Shown: positions 22,694 through 40,329, counted from the first letter of the stretch. The stretch is 64,000 nucleotides of DNA from Escherichia coli (GCF_003334765.1 NZ_QOWT01000010.1); one strand, 5' to 3'. Notes: generated by a model from the sequence alone, not told the origin. Numbers and translations: made by a program.

Positions 22694-22987
22694 ATGGAAA
22701 GAATAATGCAAAACAGAAAATGGATTTTGACCTCGCTGGTAATGACTTTTTTCGGCATCCCCATACTGGCGCAATTTTTGGCGGTGGTTATTGCCATGCT
22801 GGGTGTCGGACTTGCCGGTATTATTGAAGTTTGTAATATCCTTATCACGCCAACAATTTACCTTCTGCTCAAAATTTTTATGCTGGCGCTGGGCGCATTA
22901 ATGCTATTTTTCTCGGGGCGAGTGGGGAACGTGCCTGAGTTTTGTTACGTTGGGTATGATGGCGTGGGCTTTGCGGTAATTCCCTGA
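22694..22987 (+). CDS. Hypothetical small hydrophobic protein (possibly the yzgL-position ORF)
   Basis: 97-aa ORF with two or three predicted membrane-spanning stretches, between the glgP terminator and a REP cluster; weak ribosome-binding site, so coding status is uncertain. Confidence 0.3.
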   Translation: MERIMQNRKWILTSLVMTFFGIPILAQFLAVVIAMLGVGLAGIIEVCNILITPTIYLLLKIFMLALGALMLFFSGRVGNVPEFCYVGYDGVGFAVIP

Positions 22988-23030
22988 ATTAAAAAGTAGG
23001 TTAGATTTTTGACAAAGTGCGCTTTGTTCA

Positions 23031-23131
23031 TGCCGGATGCGACGTGAACGTCTTATCTGGCCTACAAGACCATGCAAATTCAATATATTGCATAAACCAC
23101 GTAGGCCTGATAAGCGTAGCGCATCAGGCAG
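23031..23131. repeat. REP/BIME cluster (two inverted REP units)
   Basis: TGCCGGATGCGACGTGAACGTCTTATCTGGCCTAC ... GTAGGCCTGATAAGCGTAGCGCATCAGGCAG; typical REP consensus elements in inverted orientation. Confidence 0.8.
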
Positions 23132-23192
23132 TTTTGTGTTTGTCATCAGTCTCAGGCCAGATTGAAATCTGACCTGATCACCTTACGTTAAT

Positions 23193-24698
23193 TTACGACG
23201 CCAGCGATAACCTCTGCTGCGTATACTCCACCAGCCACTGACTCACACGAGATTGTTGATCCGCATTTAGCCACATGCCTTGTTTTGTGCGACGCCACAG
23301 GGCGTCGTCGGCGCGGCGGACCCATTCGTGATCCACCAGGTATTTCAGCTCCGCTTCGTAGAACTCATGACCGAAATCTTCCCCGAGATCGCTTACCGTT
23401 CCCGCATTGCCGAGCAGCAGCTCGCTGTTGCTGCCGTAAGTGCGAGCGTAATGACGCGCCAGCGATTCAGTCAGGAACGGATAGCGGCGGCGCAGGCGAG
23501 CGGCATAATCGTCGCGGTCGCCTTCAATGGCGCCACCCGGTAGCACACTCTCTTTCGTCCATGCCGGGCCAATACCCTGATAATACGGCGTTAGTTTTTC
23601 CAGCGCATGTTCCGCCAGTTTTCGGTAGGTGGTCAGCTTACCGCCGAATACCGACAGCAGCGGTGCTTTGCCATTTTCATCATGAATATCAAGGGTGTAA
23701 TCACGGGTAATAGCCTGCGGCGAGTCGGACTCATCATCACACAGCGGACGCACACCGGAGTAGGTCCAGACGATATCGTCACGGCTTAACTGCTTTTTAA
23801 AGTGCGTGTTATACACATTCAGCAGGTAATTGATTTCACTCTCTTCAATCTTCACCGCTTTCGGATCGCCTTTGTACTCGACATCGGTAGTGCCGATGAT
23901 GGAAAACTCGTCCATCCACGGGATCACGAACACAATACGTTTATCTTCGTTTTGCAGAATGTAGGCTTGCTTCTGGGTATGCACGCGCGGCACCACAATA
24001 TGGCTGCCTTTGATCAGGCGAATGCCATAAGGCGAAGGCAGATGCATCCCGTCGTCGAAGAACTGTTTCACCCACGGGCCGGTGGCGTTAACCAAGCCGC
24101 GCGCTTGCCAGCTATATTTTTTGCCGGTATCGATATCTTCCGCTTCCACAATCCACAGGCCGTTTTCGCGGCGAGCAGAGGTGGCGCGAGTCCGAGTAAG
24201 CACTTCGCCGCCTTTACGCACCACCATCTGGGCGTTGGCGAGTACCAGACGGGCGTCGTCTACCCAACAGTCAGAATATTCGAATCCGCGCTTAATTTCC
24301 GGTTTTAACACTGAATTTGCGCCAAAACGCAAACCAGTTGATCCCGGCAAGCTGGTGCGTTTACCCAGATGATCGTACATAAACAGACCAATGCGAATCA
24401 TCCACGCCGGGCGCAGATGCGGACGATGTGGCAGGCGAAAACGCATCGGGAAGGCGATATGCGGGGCCATTTTCAGCAGCACTTCACGTTCAGCCAGCGC
24501 CTCGCTGACCAGGCGGAATTCATAGTGCTCAAGGTAGCGCAGGCCACCGTGAATGAGTTTTGAACTGGCGGAAGAGGTCGCGCAAGCGAGATCCTGCGCC
24601 TCCAGCATCAGCACGGATAAACCGCGTCCAGCGGCGTCTGCCGCGATACCAGCACCATTGATGCCGCCCCCTATCACAATCAGATCTTTGGTTTCCAT
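23193..24698 (-). CDS. glpD: Aerobic glycerol-3-phosphate dehydrogenase
   Basis: ORF 23193-24713 trimmed to METKDLIVIGGGINGAGIAADAAGRGL... (501 aa); FAD-binding GxGxxG motif. Confidence 0.95.
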   Translation of the reverse strand: METKDLIVIGGGINGAGIAADAAGRGLSVLMLEAQDLACATSSASSKLIHGGLRYLEHYEFRLVSEALAEREVLLKMAPHIAFPMRFRLPHRPHLRPAWMIRIGLFMYDHLGKRTSLPGSTGLRFGANSVLKPEIKRGFEYSDCWVDDARLVLANAQMVVRKGGEVLTRTRATSARRENGLWIVEAEDIDTGKKYSWQARGLVNATGPWVKQFFDDGMHLPSPYGIRLIKGSHIVVPRVHTQKQAYILQNEDKRIVFVIPWMDEFSIIGTTDVEYKGDPKAVKIEESEINYLLNVYNTHFKKQLSRDDIVWTYSGVRPLCDDESDSPQAITRDYTLDIHDENGKAPLLSVFGGKLTTYRKLAEHALEKLTPYYQGIGPAWTKESVLPGGAIEGDRDDYAARLRRRYPFLTESLARHYARTYGSNSELLLGNAGTVSDLGEDFGHEFYEAELKYLVDHEWVRRADDALWRRTKQGMWLNADQQSRVSQWLVEYTQQRLSLAS

Positions 24699-24731
24699 GC
24701 TGCCCTCATTCACTTTCGTTAAAGCTCATAA

Positions 24732-24749
24732 ATGTTCGTTATCGAACAT
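24732..24749. promoter_or_regulatory. GlpR operator palindrome in the divergent glpD / glpEGR control region
   Basis: ATGTTCGTTATCGAACAT, a near-perfect inverted repeat matching the GlpR operator half-site TGTTCGATA. Confidence 0.7.
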
Positions 24750-24809
24750 ATTAGCAAAGAATCGCGCTTTAGGTAACATTGAAAAAACATTTTAGAGTGA
24801 TATGTATAA

Positions 24810-25214
<405 letters not shown>

Positions 25215-25246
25215 CGCTTTATACTGTCCCCTTTTGTGTGGAATAA

Positions 25247-26089
<843 letters not shown>

Positions 26090-26105
26090 TTCCAGGGATT
26101 TATAA

Positions 26106-26864
26106 ATGAAACAAACACAACGTCACAACGGTATTATCGAACTGGTTAAACAGCAGGGTTATGTCAGTACCGAAGAGCTGGTAGAGCATTTCTCCGTCAG
26201 CCCGCAGACTATTCGCCGCGACCTCAATGAGCTGGCGGAGCAAAACCTGATCCTGCGCCATCATGGCGGTGCGGCGCTGCCTTCCAGTTCGGTTAACACG
26301 CCGTGGCACGATCGCAAGGCCACCCAGACCGAAGAAAAAGAGCGCATCGCCCGCAAAGTGGCGGAGCAAATCCCCAATGGCTCGACGCTGTTTATCGATA
26401 TCGGCACCACGCCGGAAGCGGTAGCGCACGCACTGCTCAATCACAGCAATTTGCGCATTGTCACCAACAATCTCAACGTTGCTAACACGTTGATGGTAAA
26501 AGAAGATTTTCGCATCATTCTCGCCGGTGGCGAATTACGCAGCCGCGATGGCGGGATCATTGGCGAAGCGACGCTCGATTTTATCTCCCAGTTCCGCCTT
26601 GATTTCGGCATTCTGGGGATAAGCGGCATCGATAGCGACGGCTCGCTGCTGGAGTTCGATTACCACGAAGTTCGCACCAAACGCGCCATTATTGAGAACT
26701 CGCGCCACGTTATGCTGGTTGTCGATCACTCGAAATTTGGCCGTAACGCGATGGTCAATATGGGCAGCATCAGCATGGTAGATGCCGTCTACACCGACGC
26801 CCCGCCGCCAGTAAGCGTGATGCAGGTGCTGACGGACCACCATATTCAACTGGAGCTGTGCTGA
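26106..26864 (+). CDS. glpR: DeoR-family glycerol-3-phosphate regulon repressor
   Basis: 252-aa ORF MKQTQRHNGIIELVKQQGYVSTEELVEHFSVSPQTIRRDL... Confidence 0.95.
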   Translation: MKQTQRHNGIIELVKQQGYVSTEELVEHFSVSPQTIRRDLNELAEQNLILRHHGGAALPSSSVNTPWHDRKATQTEEKERIARKVAEQIPNGSTLFIDIGTTPEAVAHALLNHSNLRIVTNNLNVANTLMVKEDFRIILAGGELRSRDGGIIGEATLDFISQFRLDFGILGISGIDSDGSLLEFDYHEVRTKRAIIENSRHVMLVVDHSKFGRNAMVNMGSISMVDAVYTDAPPPVSVMQVLTDHHIQLELC

Positions 26865-28444
26865 TCCTGCACGGCTTCCCACGTCAGACCAAAACGCGCC
26901 AGGTATTTGCGTAGCCGATCCGCGTCATTGACGCTGGCTTTGCCCTGGCGCGAAACGTCAAAAAGCTGGCGTCCGGCTGCGGAAAGCGACTTTGCCTGGC
27001 GGCAGATAGCGATAACGTGTTCCAGTTGCATACGGTCGAAGAGATCGATGTTTTCTGCCTCTGCGCCCAGCAACGCCGTAAGCGCGGAGGGGCGGCTCTC
27101 CTGCCAGTTATAGCGCAGACGGTTTATCTCATCTTCAACCACGTCCAGAGTGATGCGTCCGCTAGTGGCAAAGGTGGCCATCCGCGTGACGCTGGCAGAA
27201 AGTTCGCGAAAGTTACCGCGCCATGTTGCCTGGGGAGAGGTCGCAAAAGCCAACCAGGCGCGCCGCGCTTCGGTGTTAAAACGCACGCTGTCGCCAGTGA
27301 GTGAGGCGTGGCGCTCCACTTCATAATCCAGGTTCGGTTCAATATCTTCCTGGCGCTGGCGTAGACCCGGCAGGGTGAAGGTCCAGAGATTGATCCGCGC
27401 GTACAGATCTTCGCGAAATTTGCCTTCGGCAACCAGCTGGCGCAAATCGCGCACCGTTCCGGCGATAAGCTGAAAATCACTGCTCACCTGGCGATCGCTG
27501 CCAAACGGGTAAAAGGTTTTCTCTTCAATGGCTTTCAGCAGCATTGCCTGTTCGTCTGCGCCCAGTTCGCCAATCTCATCAAGAAACAACATTCCGCCGT
27601 TGGCGCTGCGTAATAAACCTTCACGAGATTCCCGCGCCCCGGTAAACGCGCCTTTTACATGACCAAACAGCGTCGACATGGCGGTATCGCCGCGCAGGGT
27701 GGCGCAGTTCACTTCCACAAACGCGCCGCTAAACTGATGCCGCGCCTGTTTTAACTCGAAGATGCGTCGCGCCAGAAATGACTTGCCCGCGCCGGTTGGA
27801 CCGTTAAGCAGAATCGGCGCGCGGGATTTGATCGCCACTTTTTCGATCTGCTCAATCATGCGGTTGAAGTGGGGGTTACGCGTGGCAATGCCGGACTTAA
27901 GAAAATCAAGCGTTTGCTGGCGTTCCTCGGCAAAGCGGCTGGCGATGGCGTTATAACGGCTTAAATCGAGATCGATAATCGTTACTTCACCTGGGCCGCG
28001 CGGCTGTTCTTTTTTGCGCGGAGGTGAAGATTGTATCAGCCGGGCGGGCAGGTAACGCGCTTCTGCCAGCAGAAACCAGCAAATCTGCGCGACGTGGGTA
28101 CCGGTGGTGATGTGAATTAAATAGTCTTCTTTTTCTGGCTGAAACTCGTAACCACGGGCGAAATCATGCAGGCAGGCGTAGACCTCTTCGAAATCCCACG
28201 GGTTATGCAGTTCAATCTCAACGCTCACCACTTCTGTTTCTGGCGAAACGCTGGCGATATCGCGTTTAAGCGTTTCAAATAGCGAGCGCGAGCGGGCGTC
28301 GTGCAACAATTCCAGTCGATCGATGACCAACGATTCTTGCTGGCATAAACAGAGTGTCGGACGCCATTTTGACCAGCGCTGACTGCCGCGCCCGGCATAA
28401 TCCAGTACGGTACCGACAAAGCCAAAAGCCACTGTTTTACGCAT
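26846..28444 (-). CDS. rtcR: Sigma54-dependent transcriptional activator of rtcBA
   Basis: 532-aa ORF with an AAA+ sigma54-interaction domain ([14 protein letters not shown] motif) and a C-terminal HTH; divergent from rtcB. Confidence 0.95.
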   Translation of the reverse strand: MRKTVAFGFVGTVLDYAGRGSQRWSKWRPTLCLCQQESLVIDRLELLHDARSRSLFETLKRDIASVSPETEVVSVEIELHNPWDFEEVYACLHDFARGYEFQPEKEDYLIHITTGTHVAQICWFLLAEARYLPARLIQSSPPRKKEQPRGPGEVTIIDLDLSRYNAIASRFAEERQQTLDFLKSGIATRNPHFNRMIEQIEKVAIKSRAPILLNGPTGAGKSFLARRIFELKQARHQFSGAFVEVNCATLRGDTAMSTLFGHVKGAFTGARESREGLLRSANGGMLFLDEIGELGADEQAMLLKAIEEKTFYPFGSDRQVSSDFQLIAGTVRDLRQLVAEGKFREDLYARINLWTFTLPGLRQRQEDIEPNLDYEVERHASLTGDSVRFNTEARRAWLAFATSPQATWRGNFRELSASVTRMATFATSGRITLDVVEDEINRLRYNWQESRPSALTALLGAEAENIDLFDRMQLEHVIAICRQAKSLSAAGRQLFDVSRQGKASVNDADRLRKYLARFGLTWEAVQDQHSSS

Positions 28445-28578
28445 CTTAGATATCCTTATAAAAGACGATATTTCATTATCGGTAAATTGGCTTTGCGGGA
28501 AATCTCCGGTTACGGACGTAAAGATATAATCTTTTTTAAAACAATGAATTAAAAAATTAAGCTGCTTATTTAATTTTC

Positions 28579-28594
28579 TGGCACGACGGTTGCA
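28579..28594 (+). promoter_or_regulatory. Sigma54 (-24/-12) promoter of rtcBA
   Basis: TGGCACGACGGTTGCA matches TGGCAC-N5-TTGCA exactly, about 40 bp upstream of the rtcB ATG. Confidence 0.8.
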
Positions 28595-28632
28595 ATTATC
28601 AGGACAGCAAACAACGAAAAGAGAAAAACAAA

Positions 28633-29859
28633 ATGAATTACGAATTACTGACCACTGAAAATGCCCCGGTAAAAATGTGGACCAAAGGCGTGCTGGTAGA
28701 GGCCGATGCGCGTCAGCAACTTATTAATACGGCGAAGATGCCGTTTATTTTCAAACATATTGCGGTAATGCCTGATGTACACCTGGGTAAAGGTTCCACC
28801 ATTGGTAGCGTGATCCCGACCAAAGGGGCGATTATTCCGGCGGCGGTGGGCGTGGATATTGGCTGTGGAATGAACGCGCTGCGTACCGCGTTAACGGCGG
28901 AAGACCTGCCTGAAAACCTGGCAGAGCTGCGTCAGGCGATTGAAACGGCCGTGCCGCACGGGCGTACCACTGGCCGTTGTAAACGTGATAAAGGTGCCTG
29001 GGAAAATCCACCTGTTAACGTCGATGCTAAATGGGCTGAGCTTGAAGCCGGTTATCAGTGGTTAACGCAAAAATATCCCCGTTTCCTGAATACCAATAAC
29101 TATAAACACCTGGGAACGCTGGGAACCGGTAACCACTTTATTGAAATCTGCCTTGATGAGTCGGACCAGGTGTGGATTATGCTGCACTCCGGTTCACGCG
29201 GAATTGGTAACGCCATCGGGACTTACTTTATCGATCTGGCACAAAAAGAGATGCAGGAAACGCTTGAGACGTTGCCGTCGCGTGATCTGGCGTACTTTAT
29301 GGAAGGTACGGAATACTTTGATGATTACCTGAAAGCCGTGGCCTGGGCGCAGCTTTTTGCCAGCCTTAACCGCGATGCGATGATGGAAAACGTGGTAACG
29401 GCATTGCAGAGCATTACGCAGAAAACGGTCAGACAGCCACAAACGCTGGCGATGGAAGAGATCAACTGTCACCACAACTATGTGCAAAAAGAACAGCACT
29501 TTGGTGAAGAGATCTACGTGACGCGTAAAGGCGCGGTGTCTGCGCGTGCTGGTCAATATGGAATTATTCCCGGTTCGATGGGAGCAAAAAGCTTTATCGT
29601 CCGTGGGCTGGGAAATGAAGAGTCGTTCTGTTCGTGCAGCCACGGTGCCGGGCGGGTAATGAGCCGAACTAAAGCGAAAAAACTGTTCAGCGTGGAAGAT
29701 CAAATTCGTGCCACCGCGCATGTGGAATGCCGTAAAGATGCCGAAGTGATCGACGAAATCCCGATGGCGTATAAAGATATTGATGCGGTGATGGCGGCAC
29801 AAAGCGATCTGGTGGAAGTTATCTATACCCTGCGTCAGGTGGTGTGCGTAAAAGGATAA
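28633..29859 (+). CDS. rtcB: RNA-splicing ligase RtcB
   Basis: 408-aa ORF MNYELLTTENAPVKMWTKGV... with conserved metal-binding His/Cys residues. Confidence 0.95.
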   Translation: MNYELLTTENAPVKMWTKGVLVEADARQQLINTAKMPFIFKHIAVMPDVHLGKGSTIGSVIPTKGAIIPAAVGVDIGCGMNALRTALTAEDLPENLAELRQAIETAVPHGRTTGRCKRDKGAWENPPVNVDAKWAELEAGYQWLTQKYPRFLNTNNYKHLGTLGTGNHFIEICLDESDQVWIMLHSGSRGIGNAIGTYFIDLAQKEMQETLETLPSRDLAYFMEGTEYFDDYLKAVAWAQLFASLNRDAMMENVVTALQSITQKTVRQPQTLAMEEINCHHNYVQKEQHFGEEIYVTRKGAVSARAGQYGIIPGSMGAKSFIVRGLGNEESFCSCSHGAGRVMSRTKAKKLFSVEDQIRATAHVECRKDAEVIDEIPMAYKDIDAVMAAQSDLVEVIYTLRQVVCVKG

Positions 29860-30879
<1,020 letters not shown>

Positions 30880-30892
30880 TGCAGAGATGTAA

Positions 30893-30918
30893 GCCGGATC
30901 TGGCGCGTTATCCGGCTA
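30893..30918. repeat. REP-like palindromic hairpin between convergent rtcA and malT (probable terminator structure)
   Basis: GCCGGATCTGGCGCGTTATCCGGC, a degenerate REP-type palindrome. Confidence 0.4.
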
Positions 30919-30921
30919 AAC

Positions 30922-33633
<2,712 letters not shown>

Positions 33634-34138
33634 TCACTTCACTGTGGAAAATGAGGAAATATTATTTTTTTTGCGCTTCGTAATTAATGGTTATAAGGTC
33701 GGCCAGAAACCTTTCTAATGCAAGCGATGACGTTTTTTTATGTGTCTGAATTTGCACTGTGTCACAATTCCAAATCTTTATTAACAACTCACCTAAAACG
33801 ACGCTGATCCAGCGTGAATACTGGTTTCCCTTATGTTCATCAGATTCATTTAAGCAAGGGTTTCTTCTTCATTCCTGATGAAAGTGCCATCTAAAAAGAT
33901 GATCTTAATAAATCTATTAAGAATGAGATGGAGCACACTGGATATTTTACTTATGAAACTGTTTCACTCCTTTACTTAATTTATAGAGTTACCTTCCGCT
34001 TTTTGAAAATACGCAACGGCCATTTTTTGCACTTAGATACAGATTTTCTGCGCTGTATTGCATTGATTTGATGCTAATCCTGTGGTTTGCACTAGCTTTA
34101 AGTGGTTGAGATCACATTTCCTTGCTCATCCCCGCAAC

Positions 34139-34167
34139 TCCTCCCTGCCTAATCCCCCGCAGGATGA
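34139..34167 (+). promoter_or_regulatory. MalT boxes in the malPQ promoter
   Basis: GGATGA on the plus strand and GGAGGA on the minus strand (TCCTCC) about 70-100 bp upstream of the malP ATG; matches the MalT box consensus GGA(T/G)GA. Confidence 0.55.
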
Positions 34168-34214
34168 GGAAGGTCAACATCGAGCCTGGCAAACTAGCGA
34201 TAACGTTGTGTTGA

Positions 34215-36632
<2,418 letters not shown>

Positions 36633-36641
36633 GGAAGCTCG

Positions 36642-38726
36642 ATGGAAAGCAAACGTCTGGATAATGCCGCGCTGGCGGCGGGGATTAGCCCCAATTACAT
36701 CAATGCCCACGGTAAACCGCAGTCGATTAGCGCCGAAACCAAACGGCGTTTGCTTGACGCGATGCATCAACGTACCGCCACGAAAGTGGCGGTAACGCCA
36801 GTCCCGAATGTCATGGTTTATACCAGCGGCAAAAAAATGCCGATGGTGGTGGAGGGCAGCGGCGAATATAGCTGGCTGCTGACCACCGAAGAAGGAACGC
36901 AGTACAAAGGCCATGTAACGGGGGGCAAAGCGTTCAATCTACCGACGAAGCTGCCGGAAGGTTATCACACGCTGACACTCACCCAGGACGACCAGCGCGC
37001 GCATTGCCGGGTGATTGTCGCCCCGAAACGCTGTTACGAACCGCAGGCGTTGCTGAATAAACAAAAGCTGTGGGGTGCCTGCGTTCAGCTTTATACGCTG
37101 CGATCGGAAAAAAACTGGGGTATTGGGGATTTTGGCGATCTCAAAGCGATGCTGGTGGATGTGGCAAAACGTGGCGGGTCGTTCATTGGCCTGAACCCGA
37201 TTCATGCGCTCTATCCGGCAAATCCGGAGAGCGCCAGCCCATACAGCCCGTCTTCTCGCCGTTGGCTGAATGTGATTTATATCGACGTTAACGCCGTTGA
37301 AGATTTCCATCTTAGCGAAGAGGCTCAGGCCTGGTGGCAGTTGCCGACCACGCAACAGACGCTGCAACAGGCGCGCGATGCCGACTGGGTCGATTACTCC
37401 ACGGTTACCGCCCTAAAAATGACAGCATTACGAATGGCGTGGAAAGGTTTCGCGCAACGTGATGATGAGCAGATGGCCGCGTTTCGCCAGTTTGTTGCAG
37501 AGCAGGGCGACAGCCTGTTCTGGCAGGCAGCCTTTGATGCGCTACATGCCCAGCAAGTGAAAGAGGACGAAATGCGCTGGGGCTGGCCTGCATGGCCAGA
37601 GATGTATCAGAACGTGGATTCACCAGAAGTGCGTCAGTTCTGCGAAGAACATCGTGATGACGTCGATTTTTATCTCTGGTTGCAGTGGCTGGCTTACAGC
37701 CAGTTTGCCGCCTGCTGGGAGATAAGCCAGGGCTATGAAATGCCGATTGGCTTGTATCGTGATCTGGCGGTTGGCGTAGCGGAAGGTGGGGCGGAAACCT
37801 GGTGTGACCGTGAACTATATTGCCTGAAAGCATCGGTTGGCGCGCCGCCGGATATCCTCGGCCCGTTGGGGCAGAACTGGGGATTACCGCCAATGGACCC
37901 GCATATCATCACCGCGCGTGCCTATGAACCGTTTATCGAGCTGTTGCGTGCCAATATGCAAAACTGCGGCGCATTACGAATTGACCATGTGATGTCGATG
38001 CTGCGTTTGTGGTGGATACCGTATGGCGAGACGGCAGATCAGGGCGCGTATGTTCACTATCCGGTGGATGATCTGCTCTCGATTCTGGCACTCGAAAGTA
38101 AACGTCATCGCTGTATGGTGATTGGTGAAGATCTCGGTACCGTACCGGTAGAGATTGTCGGTAAGCTGCGCAGCAGCGGTGTGTACTCTTACAAAGTGCT
38201 CTATTTCGAAAACGACCACGAGAAGACGTTCCGTGCACCGAAAGCGTATCCGGAGCAGTCGATGGCGGTTGCGGCGACACATGACCTGCCAACGCTGCGC
38301 GGTTACTGGGAGAGCGGGGATCTAACGCTGGGCAAAACCCTGGGGCTGTATCCGGATGAAGTGGTACTGCGCGGTCTGTATCAGGATCGCGAACTGGCGA
38401 AGCAAGGGCTGCTGGATGCACTGCATAAATATGGTTGTCTGCCGAAACGTGCCGGGCATAAGGCATCGTTGATGTCGATGACGCCGACGCTGAACCGTGG
38501 TTTGCAGCGCTACATTGCCGACAGTAACAGTGCTCTGTTAGGACTACAGCCGGAAGACTGGCTGGATATGGCCGAACCGGTGAATATTCCTGGCACCAGT
38601 TACCAGTATAAAAACTGGCGACGCAAGCTTTCCGCAACGCTTGAGTCGATGTTTGCCGATGATGGCGTGAACAAGTTGCTGAAGGATTTGGACAGACGGC
38701 GCAGAGCTGCAGCGAAGAAGAAGTAG
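36642..38726 (+). CDS. malQ: 4-alpha-glucanotransferase (amylomaltase)
   Basis: 694-aa ORF MESKRLDNAALAAGISPNYINAHGKPQ...; GH77. Confidence 0.97.
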   Translation: MESKRLDNAALAAGISPNYINAHGKPQSISAETKRRLLDAMHQRTATKVAVTPVPNVMVYTSGKKMPMVVEGSGEYSWLLTTEEGTQYKGHVTGGKAFNLPTKLPEGYHTLTLTQDDQRAHCRVIVAPKRCYEPQALLNKQKLWGACVQLYTLRSEKNWGIGDFGDLKAMLVDVAKRGGSFIGLNPIHALYPANPESASPYSPSSRRWLNVIYIDVNAVEDFHLSEEAQAWWQLPTTQQTLQQARDADWVDYSTVTALKMTALRMAWKGFAQRDDEQMAAFRQFVAEQGDSLFWQAAFDALHAQQVKEDEMRWGWPAWPEMYQNVDSPEVRQFCEEHRDDVDFYLWLQWLAYSQFAACWEISQGYEMPIGLYRDLAVGVAEGGAETWCDRELYCLKASVGAPPDILGPLGQNWGLPPMDPHIITARAYEPFIELLRANMQNCGALRIDHVMSMLRLWWIPYGETADQGAYVHYPVDDLLSILALESKRHRCMVIGEDLGTVPVEIVGKLRSSGVYSYKVLYFENDHEKTFRAPKAYPEQSMAVAATHDLPTLRGYWESGDLTLGKTLGLYPDEVVLRGLYQDRELAKQGLLDALHKYGCLPKRAGHKASLMSMTPTLNRGLQRYIADSNSALLGLQPEDWLDMAEPVNIPGTSYQYKNWRRKLSATLESMFADDGVNKLLKDLDRRRRAAAKKK

Positions 38727-38736
38727 AGTGCGGTTG

Positions 38737-38826
38737 ATGCCGGATGCGATGCTTGACGCGTCTTATCCGGCCTACTAATTCATCCCGAATCGTAGGCCGG
38801 ATAAGGCGGTCACGCCGCATCCGGCA
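38737..38826. repeat. REP/BIME cluster between malQ and gntT
   Basis: GATGCCGGATGCGATGCTTGACGCGTCTTATCCGGCCTAC ... GTAGGCCGGATAAGGCGGTCACGCCGCATCCGGCAG; two inverted REP units. Confidence 0.8.
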
Positions 38827-38836
38827 GTCAGTGTTA

Positions 38837-40153
38837 TCAAATCACCATATTCAGCAGCAGACAGCCTACCAGACCGCACACCGAGATAATGGTTTCCAGC
38901 ATCGACCAGGATTTGATGGTCTCGCCGATAGTCAGGTTAAAGTACTCTTTGAACAGCCAGAAGCCCGGATCGTTCACATGAGAGAAAATCACACTACCGG
39001 AACCAACCGCAATAACCATCAGCTCCGGGCTAACACCCGTCGTTGCAATCAGCGGTGCCGCGATACCACCCGCAGTGATTGCCGCAACGGTTGCGGAACC
39101 CAGCGCGATACGCAGTACGGCAGCAATCGACCAGGCCATCAGCAGCGGAGAAATGTTGGTTTCGTGCATCATGGAAGCAATGTATTTGTCCACGCCGCTG
39201 TCTACCAGCACCTGCTTGAACGCACCGCCACCACCGATGATCAACAGCATCATCGCAATGATTTTGATGGAAGAAACCAGCGTGTCGTTAATCTGATCCA
39301 TTGAACGACCACGGTTTAGACCAAAGGTGAACATCGCAATCAGCACGGCAATCAGCGTTGCCATTACCGGGTCACCGAGGAACTCCGCTACCGGCAGGAA
39401 AGCGTGACCTTTCGGCAGGATCATTTCGGCAATCGCACGCATCGCCATCAGTACTACCGGCACCAGAGAGGTCCAGACGCTGACGCCAAAGCTCGGCATC
39501 TCTTCTTCGCTGAAGGTTTTCGCGCTGTAGAGACCTTCCGGAATTGGCTTATCGATACCTTTCAACACGCGAGCGTAAACCGGACCGGCGAGAATCACGG
39601 TCGGGATTGCCAGAATAGTACCGTACAGCAGGGTTTTACCCATATCGGCATTGAAAATGGTGGCAATCGCAGTCGGACCCGGATGCGGTGGCAGGAAGCC
39701 GTGGGTCACAGACAGTGCAGCCGCCATTGGTACACCAACATACAGCAGTGGAATATTCGCAGAAGCCGCGATGGTAAACACCAGCGGCAGCATCAGCACA
39801 AAGCCCACTTCATAGAACAGGGCAAAACCAACGGTAAAACCGGTCAGTACCACCGCCCACTGGATGTGTTTTTTACCAAATTTGGCAATCAGCGTGGTGG
39901 CGATACGTTGTGCGCCACCGCAGTCTGCCAGCATTTTGCCCAGCATTGCGCCAAAACCCATGATCAGGGCAAGGCTACCGAGCGTCCCGCCGACACCGGC
40001 TTTGATGGAGCCAATAACTTTATCCAGCGGCATTCCTTGCATTAATCCAACAGCAAGCGCCACGAGGACGAGAGCGATGAAGCCGTTCATTTTGAAGCGG
40101 ATCATCAGGAGCAACAACAAGATTACACCGATAGCAACAATGACTAATGGCAT
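38837..40153 (-). CDS. gntT: High-affinity gluconate:H+ symporter (GntP family)
   Basis: 438-aa polytopic membrane ORF, paralogous to gntU. Confidence 0.95.
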   Translation of the reverse strand: MPLVIVAIGVILLLLLMIRFKMNGFIALVLVALAVGLMQGMPLDKVIGSIKAGVGGTLGSLALIMGFGAMLGKMLADCGGAQRIATTLIAKFGKKHIQWAVVLTGFTVGFALFYEVGFVLMLPLVFTIAASANIPLLYVGVPMAAALSVTHGFLPPHPGPTAIATIFNADMGKTLLYGTILAIPTVILAGPVYARVLKGIDKPIPEGLYSAKTFSEEEMPSFGVSVWTSLVPVVLMAMRAIAEMILPKGHAFLPVAEFLGDPVMATLIAVLIAMFTFGLNRGRSMDQINDTLVSSIKIIAMMLLIIGGGGAFKQVLVDSGVDKYIASMMHETNISPLLMAWSIAAVLRIALGSATVAAITAGGIAAPLIATTGVSPELMVIAVGSGSVIFSHVNDPGFWLFKEYFNLTIGETIKSWSMLETIISVCGLVGCLLLNMVI

Positions 40154-40313
40154 GATTTACCTGGCCTTTCATTTGTTATGGGTAACGTCAATTTTCTGAC
40201 GACAAACTCTAATTATCCCAATCGGGAACAGAGATATTGCGGCACCACGACTGATACCCACTAAAACTAATTATTGTAGTCAGATGTCAGGAGTATGTTT
40301 GGTACCCATGTGA

Positions 40314-40329
40314 ATGATACGGGTAACAT
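40314..40329 (-). promoter_or_regulatory. GntR operator-like palindrome upstream of gntT
   Basis: Minus-strand ATGTTACCCGTATCAT about 160 bp upstream of the gntT start, close to the GntR operator consensus. Confidence 0.6.

Noticed and set aside
23031-23131. Possible CRISPR array suggested by repeated palindromic units
   Set aside because: The units are inverted copies of the REP consensus without regular spacers or uniform repeat length. No cas genes are present anywhere in the window.
22904-23146. 80-aa ORF on the minus strand
   Set aside because: Spans the REP/BIME cluster; palindromic REP units routinely create spurious ORFs.
37933-38820. 295-aa ORF on the minus strand
   Set aside because: Antisense to malQ, running into the REP cluster; shadow ORF.
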